From positions 64,001 through 128,000 of the forward strand of contig CAWAMW010000013.1 in assembly GCA_963783305.1 (NCBI GenBank): DNA of 64,000 nt, written 5' to 3'. The notes under the pieces are model-generated. The model made no database searches. It was given only the letters and a program-made list of their open reading frames with translations, and was not told where the DNA came from. Source of the stretch: an uncultured Gemmatimonadales bacterium. Its GTDB lineage: Bacteria > Gemmatimonadota > Gemmatimonadetes > Longimicrobiales > RSA9. This document shows, one piece after another, positions 57,090-64,000 of the stretch (its first letter is position 1; the number at the start of each line of letters is the position of its first letter). Both the position numbers and the translations under genes were made by a program.

Positions 57090-59266
57090 TGCTTCGCCCG
57101 CGGTTCGAGGTGGTGGACCTCCGTTACGGCTGCCATGAGGGGGAATGGACCCTGCCTCTCGAGGATCGACCGGTGGTCATCACGGGGCCGAACGGGAGCG
57201 GGAAGACCACCTTCGTCGAGGGTCTGGTCCGGACGCTGTTCGGGTTCGACCGTCGGAAGACCGAGGATACCACGGAGGTGGAGGCCCGCCGCCCCTGGAA
57301 GAGTGAGGGTCTGCGGGGCCGGGTGGTGCTGTCGCGGAACGGGGAGCGCGTGGAAATCCGCCGGGACTTCGAGACCGATCAGGTCCGGGTGTACGCGCCG
57401 GACGAGGGGGTGGAGCACTTCGTGGGCGACGGCAACCCTGCAGCCCGGAACCAGGAGGCGCGCCGATACCGCCAGCTCCTCACCACCCTGCTGGGACTCC
57501 GCGGCCTCGACGCCTACCGTCAGACGCTCCTGATCCGCCAGGGCGATCTGGCGGACGCGGCGCTTGGCGACCACCTGCTCCGGGTCGCGGCCGGCGGCCA
57601 CGCGCGGGTCGAGGCCGCGCGCCACCAGATCGCACAGACGCACCGCGCCACCACCCGGCGAGCGATCCACTCCGGCGCGGCCTCCGCCATCAATCCCCGG
57701 GAGATGGAGAAGCTCGACGAGGAGATCGCGGCGGTCGGCGCCCGCCTTGAGGCCGCCCGGACGGCGGGAGACAAGCGGGCCCCGCTCGCCCTGGAAAGGG
57801 ACCGTGTGGCGGACCGGCTGACGCGCCTGGACGACGAGATCGTGCTCCTGGAGAACGCCCTTTCCGCCCTCGCCCGCACCGACGCTACCGAGCTCCACAA
57901 CCGACGACTTCGCCAGCAGGGCCGGGAGCTGGACGAGGCGCGGGAGTGGCTTGATCAGGCCGCCACCGAGCTGGAGCAGGCCACCCGCGAGCATAAGGAG
58001 GCCTTCGCCGGCGGGGCCTACCCGGCCGACGTGCCGGAGAGGATCGCCCGCGCCGAGGTCTGGTGGGAGGAGCTCGAAAAGCTCGGCAGCGCTCCGGCGC
58101 CGTGGCTGGGGGCCGGTGCGCTGGTCCTCCTGGCGGCCGGTGCCGCGCTCATGGCGCTCGGCTATCCCATCTGGGCCCTGATCACCGGCGGAACGGGCGT
58201 GGTCGCGGGCGCCGCCTGGCTCGCACTCTGGCTGTGGGGTCTACGCCGTCGCAAAGGGGCGCGCACGCAGGTGCGGGCGCTCCTCGACGGCATTCCCCGG
58301 GGCAAGTCCCTCGGTCCGGGGAACCGGCAGAGTGCGCTCGCCCGCTATCAGGAGCAGCGGAAGGCGGAGCTGCGGATCGAAGCGGCCCGGCGCACTCTGG
58401 CCGAGGGGATGCGGGAAGCCCGTTCCGTGCTCGCCGAAGTTGAGCACGATCCAGGCTCCGGGTCCCCGGAGGACCCGCAGGCGGCGGGCGTCGCGGTGCG
58501 GGGGCGGCGCCTGGCGCGGCGAGCGGAGGACGCGGCGGCGCGGGTTCGAGACCGCCTTACCGCGGGCCGCTCTGAGATCGACCGTATCGGGGAGCTCTCC
58601 CTGGCGCTCCCCCCGGACGTGCCACCCACAGAGGAGTCGGTGGCGACGGCCCTCAGGGAGCGCCGGGGGGAGCGATCCAAGGCGCAGGAGACGCTCCGGG
58701 AGGTTGCGCAGGAGCTGCTGGAGCGAGGCACTCCGAGCGAAAGCGCCGAGGCGCTCCAGAGCCGGCTCTCGTCGCTCGAGCCCAGGCGGGCGGCGCTGAG
58801 CCAGAAGGCCGAAGTGCTGGAAGCCGCCCACGCCCTGATCCTCGACGCCTACGACGACTTCCGCGACCGTGACCAGGACCGCCTGGTCGACCGCGTGACC
58901 GAGCAGGTTCACCGGCTCTCCAGTGGGCGCATGGAATCGATCCATGTGGAGGGCAGCCTCGACGAGGCGCGGGTGCGGATCGATGGTCGCCTGGTGCCCA
59001 TGTGCTCGCCGCCCCTGAGCTTCGGTGAGTTCCACGCGCTCCAGCTGGGTGTGCGGCTCGGTGCCGCCGAGTTCCTGGCCGGCATGGGGATCCTGCCCCC
59101 GCTCCTGGTGGACGAGCCGTTCGCTCACCTGGATGCGGGTCGGGCGGAGGCCGTGTGGAGCCTTCTCCGGGACGTGTCGCAGACCCGCCAGGTCATCATC
59201 ACGACCCGGGACGCTCGGCTGCTCGAGTCGCTCGGCGCCGAGCCCGATATCCAGCTGGAGCGCTGA
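57089..59266 (+). CDS. Rad50/SbcC-like (YhaN-type) ABC ATPase with central TM hairpin
   Basis: GPNGSGKTT, Q-loop IRQGD, coiled coils, LSFGE, LLVDEPF; TGATG coupling to the nuclease gene. Confidence 0.85.
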   Translation: MLRPRFEVVDLRYGCHEGEWTLPLEDRPVVITGPNGSGKTTFVEGLVRTLFGFDRRKTEDTTEVEARRPWKSEGLRGRVVLSRNGERVEIRRDFETDQVRVYAPDEGVEHFVGDGNPAARNQEARRYRQLLTTLLGLRGLDAYRQTLLIRQGDLADAALGDHLLRVAAGGHARVEAARHQIAQTHRATTRRAIHSGAASAINPREMEKLDEEIAAVGARLEAARTAGDKRAPLALERDRVADRLTRLDDEIVLLENALSALARTDATELHNRRLRQQGRELDEAREWLDQAATELEQATREHKEAFAGGAYPADVPERIARAEVWWEELEKLGSAPAPWLGAGALVLLAAGAALMALGYPIWALITGGTGVVAGAAWLALWLWGLRRRKGARTQVRALLDGIPRGKSLGPGNRQSALARYQEQRKAELRIEAARRTLAEGMREARSVLAEVEHDPGSGSPEDPQAAGVAVRGRRLARRAEDAAARVRDRLTAGRSEIDRIGELSLALPPDVPPTEESVATALRERRGERSKAQETLREVAQELLERGTPSESAEALQSRLSSLEPRRAALSQKAEVLEAAHALILDAYDDFRDRDQDRLVDRVTEQVHRLSSGRMESIHVEGSLDEARVRIDGRLVPMCSPPLSFGEFHALQLGVRLGAAEFLAGMGILPPLLVDEPFAHLDAGRAEAVWSLLRDVSQTRQVIITTRDARLLESLGAEPDIQLER

Positions 59267-59341
59267 ACGGTTCCGTTCCAGCTATCAACCCCGTGATCGG
59301 TGTGCCGATACTACCTGTGCACCCCTTTGAGAACAGGAGCC

Positions 59342-61930
59342 ATGCAGGAGCTATTCGACCCGGCCAGCTACGGCAGCAGCGCGTTCTCCGTTCCCATCGG
59401 GGCGGTGGCGCTGCTGTCGCTTTGCCTGGGCGTCTGGGCGGTCTGGTATGAGCGAGGCCGCCGCGTCAGCCTGTCCCTCTTCGCCGCTACCCTCGCCGTG
59501 GCCACCTACCTCGGCGGCTTTGCGTTCATGGTCGGCGCCACCTCGCATGATGTCGCGCTCTTCTGGGGTCGCTTCGCATACCTCGGCATACCCTTCATCG
59601 TGCCGGCCGTCTACCAGCTCAGCATGGACCTGCTCGGCCGGCGAGAGCAGCGCCGAGCGCTCATCCGCGTGGGGTGGGGCGTCGGTATCGTGTACGCGTT
59701 CCTGGCGGTGCGAACCGACTGGCTGGTCAGCGGCGTCTTCCGCATGGAATGGGGCTTCATCACCCACATCACGCTGTGGACGCTGCCGATCCTGCTCTGG
59801 TCCGGCGTCCTCCTCGGCCTGGCGATCCGGGACTTCGCGAAGGCATACCGCCACGCCGACGCCATCCAGCGGGCGAGAATCCGGCTGTTCGCCGTTCCCA
59901 TCGCCATCGGCAGTCTGGCCTTCGTCGATTATGCGCCCTCGCTCGGGTTGCCTGTGGCGCCCTGGGGGTTCGTCTCCTTCGGTGCGTTCATCCTCAGCGC
60001 CGCCTGGGCCGTGGCGCGCTATCATCTGCCTGAGCTCACGCCGTCGTTCGCGGCGCACCAGATCGTCCGCACCATCGCCGAGCCGCTACTGGTCTGCGAC
60101 GAACGCGGCGCGATCGCCTTCGCCAACCCCGCCGCCTCGCTCCTCTTCGGCTGGAGCCAGGACGAGCTGGTAGGGGAGCGACTCCACCTGCTGTTCGGCA
60201 ACAGGGAAGCACATCAAATCCTGAGCGATGACAGCGCCACTCCCACGGAGATGGAGCTGCTTGGGCGAAAGGGGGAGCCGCTCGCTGTGGCCGTGACCAC
60301 CAGCCGGATCGTCGGGCGCTCCGGGCAGCAGGTCGGGACCGTGGTCGTGGCCCGGGACATCCGGCACATCCGGCGGGCCGCCCGGGAGCTGGAGCGGCGG
60401 GAGCAGCGCTTCCGGGCCCTGATCGAGCACGCCCGCGACGTCATTATGATCCTGAACGGCGACGGTCGGATCATCTACGAGAGCCCGGCGGCCCAGGAGC
60501 TTCTCGGGTACCGGCCGGACGAATCGTTCGCGTCCGTGGTGTTCGACCGGATCCACCCGGAGGACCTGGAATCCACCCGGTCGGTCTTCGCGGGTCTATT
60601 GGAGAGGCCCGGGGGGCTGGTGGACGCCGAGTGCCGGGTGCGGCACACGGAGGGCGACTACCGGGTGTTCGAGTACCGGGGCAAGAACCTCCTCGACAAC
60701 CCTGCCGTCCGGGGAATCGTGATCAACGCCCGCGACATCCACGAGGAGCGGCAGCTGGCGGCGCAGCTTCAGCAGGCGCAGAAGATGGAGGCTATCGGCC
60801 GCCTGGCGGGAGGCGTGGCCCACGACTTCAACAATATCCTTACGGCCATCCAGGGGAACGTGGCGCTGATCGGTGAGGACCTGCCGGATGGCGGCACGTT
60901 CGGAGCGGAGCTGAGGGAGATCGAGGAAGGGGCTCGACGCGCGAGCCGCCTCACCAGTCAGCTCCTCTCGTTCAGCCGGCGACAGGTCGTTCGCGCCGAG
61001 GTCCTGAATCTGAACCACCTCGTTCGCGAGACGCAGAGCATGCTCGAGCGGTTGATCGGCGAGAACATCCGCCTGGACCTCCGGCTCGACGCCCGCAGGG
61101 ATGTGGTCCGCGCCGATCGCGGTCAACTGGAGCAGATCGTCGTCAACCTGGTCGTGAACGCTCGCGACGCGCTGCACGATGGGGGACGGATCGAGATCGC
61201 CACCGCCGATGTCGAGATCGATGCCGAAGCGGCTCGTGCGGCGGAGTTCCAGCTGGTCCCCGGCTCGTACGCACTCCTCACCGTCACGGATGACGGCCAG
61301 GGCATGGACGACGAGACCCGGAGCCGGATCTTCGAGCCGTTCTTCACCACCAAGCCGCGCGGAAAGGGCACAGGTCTAGGACTCAGCACCGTCTACGGCG
61401 CCGTGCGCCAGGCGGCCGGCTATATCGGGGTGGAGACGGTGCCGGGCGCCGGCACCACCTTCCGTGTCTATCTCCCGCGCGTCGAGGACGCGACCCCCCG
61501 TCCCAGCTCGGACACGAAGACCCCGGTCGAGCTGGAGGCCGACGGTGACCTGGTTCTGGTAGTGGAGGACGAGGCGCCGGTTCGGACGCTCATCGCGCGC
61601 ATCCTGGAACGCCGTGGCTACACAGTTCTCCAGGCCGCCGACGGTCAGGAAGCGCTGGACCTCGCCGAGCGGCAGCAGGAGCGGATCGATCTGCTCATTG
61701 CCGACCTGGTCATGCCGGGGCTCAGCGGCCGAGAGGTCGCCGACCGCCTCACCGCTCGGTACCCGGAAATGGCCGTGATCCTCATCTCGGGGTACACCGC
61801 CGACGAGGTGGTGCGCGAGGGGATCCTCACCGGCGTCCGGAACTTCCTGCCCAAACCCTTTACACCCGACGCCCTCGCCCGCACCGTGGCGGCGGTACTC
61901 GGCCAGAAGAGTCCCGACGCGTCCCGCTAG
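59342..61930 (+). CDS. Hybrid sensor kinase (7TM-PAS-PAS-HisKA-HATPase-REC)
   Basis: [55 protein letters not shown]. Confidence 0.93.
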   Translation: MQELFDPASYGSSAFSVPIGAVALLSLCLGVWAVWYERGRRVSLSLFAATLAVATYLGGFAFMVGATSHDVALFWGRFAYLGIPFIVPAVYQLSMDLLGRREQRRALIRVGWGVGIVYAFLAVRTDWLVSGVFRMEWGFITHITLWTLPILLWSGVLLGLAIRDFAKAYRHADAIQRARIRLFAVPIAIGSLAFVDYAPSLGLPVAPWGFVSFGAFILSAAWAVARYHLPELTPSFAAHQIVRTIAEPLLVCDERGAIAFANPAASLLFGWSQDELVGERLHLLFGNREAHQILSDDSATPTEMELLGRKGEPLAVAVTTSRIVGRSGQQVGTVVVARDIRHIRRAARELERREQRFRALIEHARDVIMILNGDGRIIYESPAAQELLGYRPDESFASVVFDRIHPEDLESTRSVFAGLLERPGGLVDAECRVRHTEGDYRVFEYRGKNLLDNPAVRGIVINARDIHEERQLAAQLQQAQKMEAIGRLAGGVAHDFNNILTAIQGNVALIGEDLPDGGTFGAELREIEEGARRASRLTSQLLSFSRRQVVRAEVLNLNHLVRETQSMLERLIGENIRLDLRLDARRDVVRADRGQLEQIVVNLVVNARDALHDGGRIEIATADVEIDAEAARAAEFQLVPGSYALLTVTDDGQGMDDETRSRIFEPFFTTKPRGKGTGLGLSTVYGAVRQAAGYIGVETVPGAGTTFRVYLPRVEDATPRPSSDTKTPVELEADGDLVLVVEDEAPVRTLIARILERRGYTVLQAADGQEALDLAERQQERIDLLIADLVMPGLSGREVADRLTARYPEMAVILISGYTADEVVREGILTGVRNFLPKPFTPDALARTVAAVLGQKSPDASR

Positions 61931-62670
61931 GGGAGGGTTTCTCCCCGCTCCGGGTCCTTCCGGCGCACCAGGATCGTCAGCCAGCCGATCAGGAAGATCG
62001 CCGCGAAGCTGAACCACTGGATCGCGTAGGAGAGGTGCGGCCCCGGCTCGGGCGCGGGCGCATCCAGCAGCACCGGCAGCTCGGTGGCCGGGTCCGGCGC
62101 CGCCGGTCCCGTCGGCGCCACAGTCGCCCGCAGGTAGAGTGGTGACACCGGGTAGGGGTACTGCTCTCGTATGGCCGCGCCCGCGAAACGGTACCAGGTG
62201 GTCCTGAAACCCGCCGGCCGCTCCACGTCGACATCCGGGAACGGCATGAGCACTCCCTCTACCGTCACCCGTCCCGAAATGGCGACGCTCGCCGCATCCA
62301 CACTCGCCGCGTCCGGCGCCGGCAGCCATCCGCGGTTCACCAGGATCGAGGCCGCCCCCGTCCGCAACGGGACCAGCAGGTACGCCCCTGGCGCCCCGCC
62401 ATGGCTTCGCCCCGCCAGCACGACGGAGCGGTCCGCGTCCAGCTCCCCTTCGATCGTAACCCGACGGTACGTCAGTCCTGCCGTGTCCAGCGGCGCGTCC
62501 CCCAGCGGCACGGGCTCTGCCGCGAGTCGCTGGGCAAGGGCCGTATTGAGGGCGAGGCGGTCCTCGCGGCGCTCCAACTGCCAGAGACCGAGGCGAACGC
62601 AAACCACTGCGACAATGAGCACGATCACCGTGCCGAGGATGCCGGACCGGGTCAACTCGAGACTCTTCAT
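61927..62670 (-). CDS. SURF1 family protein
   Basis: LGLWQLER, LVNRGW, HLSYAIQWF. Confidence 0.9.
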   Translation of the reverse strand: MKSLELTRSGILGTVIVLIVAVVCVRLGLWQLERREDRLALNTALAQRLAAEPVPLGDAPLDTAGLTYRRVTIEGELDADRSVVLAGRSHGGAPGAYLLVPLRTGAASILVNRGWLPAPDAASVDAASVAISGRVTVEGVLMPFPDVDVERPAGFRTTWYRFAGAAIREQYPYPVSPLYLRATVAPTGPAAPDPATELPVLLDAPAPEPGPHLSYAIQWFSFAAIFLIGWLTILVRRKDPERGETLP

Positions 62671-62762
62671 GGGGTTGAGTCTCCCGCATTCGCGGCCGCT
62701 CCGCCAGTCCCGGCCGCGCCGTAGCTTGACCGCAGCCGATCCACCTGGAGGCGAGGAGTACC

Positions 62763-64000
62763 ATGGGAACCATGAAGAGCGTCAACCCGACCACCGGCGA
62801 AGTGCTGGCTCGCTACGAGACCCTCACGCCAGAGCGGCTGAGCGAAAAGCTGGAGCGGGCCCGGGAGACTTTCCGGTCCTACCGCGCTGGCGCTCTCGAG
62901 GAGCGGGCGCGCTTAATGCGCGCGGTCGCCGATCGTCTCGACTCGGAGAAGCGGCGGTGGGGCGAGCTCATGACGCGCGAGATGGGAAAGCCGCTGTCCG
63001 CCGCCATGGCGGAAACGGAGAAGTGCGCCTGGGTCTGTCGGTACTACGCCGATCACGCCGCCGACTTCCTGGCCGATGAGATGGTCGAGGCCGACGCGGA
63101 TCGGAGCTTCATCCGCTATCAGCCGCTGGGGCCGGTGCTGGCCGTCATGCCGTGGAACTTCCCTTTCTGGCAGCTTTTCCGGTTCGCCGCTCCGGCCCTC
63201 ATGGCCGGCAACGTCGCGCTCCTCAAGCACGCGTCCAACGTGCCCGGGTGCGCACTGGCGATCGAAGAGATTTTCAGGGCGGCCGGGTTCCCGGAGGGTG
63301 CGTTCCAGACCCTGCTCATCGGCTCCGCGGACGTGGAGCGCGTGATCGCCGATGCGCGCGTCCGGGCCGTCACGCTCACCGGAAGCGAGGCCGCGGGCGC
63401 CGCGGTCGCTGCATCGGCCGGGCAACACATCAAGAAGACGGTGCTGGAGCTGGGCGGCAGTGACCCGTTCATCGTCATGCCGAGCGCCGACCTGGAGAAG
63501 GCGGTGGAAATGGCGGTGAAGGCGCGCCACATCAACAACGGGCAGAGCTGCATCGCGGCGAAGCGCTTCATCGTCCACGACTCCATTGCTGGTGAGTTCA
63601 CCGCCCGGTTCGTGGAGCGCGCAGAGGCGCTCACCGTCGGCGATCCCATGGACGACGCAACCGACATCGGCCCGCTGGCCACCGAGGCCATCCGCGACGA
63701 TCTGGCCGATCAGGTGCGGCGCTCGGAACAGGCGGGCGCCAGAATCCTGACGGGCGGACGCCCCATCGACCGCGACGGGTGGTTCTTTGAGCCCACAGTG
63801 CTCGCCGACGTGCCCGATGATGCCGCCGCGGCCCGTGAGGAAACGTTCGGTCCCGTCGCCGCGATCTTCGTCGTCTCTTCACTCGACGAGGCCATTCACC
63901 GGGCCAACGCCACCGAGTTCGGCCTGGGCGCCAGCGCGTGGACGACCAATGCCGCCGAGCAGGAGCGGCTCGTGGGCGAGCTGGAAGCCGGGTGCGTCTT
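62763..64000 (+). CDS. NAD(P)-dependent succinate-semialdehyde dehydrogenase-like ALDH (3'-partial)
   Basis: RBS GAGGAG; SVNPTTGE, EMGKP, MPWNFPFWQ, LTGSE, LELGGSD, NNGQSC, EETFGP. Runs off the window, so it is absent from the ORF track. Confidence 0.92.
   Translation, partial: MGTMKSVNPTTGEVLARYETLTPERLSEKLERARETFRSYRAGALEERARLMRAVADRLDSEKRRWGELMTREMGKPLSAAMAETEKCAWVCRYYADHAADFLADEMVEADADRSFIRYQPLGPVLAVMPWNFPFWQLFRFAAPALMAGNVALLKHASNVPGCALAIEEIFRAAGFPEGAFQTLLIGSADVERVIADARVRAVTLTGSEAAGAAVAASAGQHIKKTVLELGGSDPFIVMPSADLEKAVEMAVKARHINNGQSCIAAKRFIVHDSIAGEFTARFVERAEALTVGDPMDDATDIGPLATEAIRDDLADQVRRSEQAGARILTGGRPIDRDGWFFEPTVLADVPDDAAAAREETFGPVAAIFVVSSLDEAIHRANATEFGLGASAWTTNAAEQERLVGELEAGCV

Noticed and set aside
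61927..62670. SURF1 gene away from cytochrome oxidase genes
   Set aside because: Unlinked SURF1 genes are not unusual, and nothing else here suggests a novel role.

Overview
High-GC bacterial chromosomal window with dense, mostly housekeeping gene content. Gemmatimonadota/Longimicrobiales-like is my inference from gene repertoire and style; it is not verified. I see about 53 CDS and no rRNA, tRNA, CRISPR array, prophage or transposase. Recognisable content: two MscS channels, a lytic transglycosylase, an ECF sigma/anti-sigma/2x DUF4097 operon plus a second ECF sigma, infC with an ATA start, PBP1A, a rearranged paaA/D/B/C-like diiron epoxidase cluster with split PaaD, a DGC-YdbS-YdbT operon, YggX, a PspA-like protein, POT and (frameshifted) OPT peptide transporters, a cNMP-domain-AspA fusion, HU, a catalytically degenerate DEAD-box protein, a TonB receptor, a VWA-MscS-large P-loop ATPase unit, a D-aminoacylase/beta-lactamase-fold fusion, MutY, a Ycf46-like ATPase, USP, HAD, TatA, App1, AddB/AddA, SWIB, DUF4230, an Mre11/Rad50-like (YhaO/YhaN) pair with transmembrane helices, a hybrid kinase, SURF1 and a partial semialdehyde dehydrogenase. 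The best candidates for undescribed biology are: a modular intergenic repeat family (identical 22-mer at 6931, 14323 and 46745); the divergent orphan Paa-like oxygenase; the membrane-anchored Mre11/Rad50-like pair beside AddAB; the VWA-MscS-ATPase unit; the pseudo-helicase; the cNMP-AspA fusion; and a D-[S/T]-x-rich PBP tail resembling Bacteroidota O-glycosylation sequons. All family assignments come from reading motifs by eye, with no database searches.
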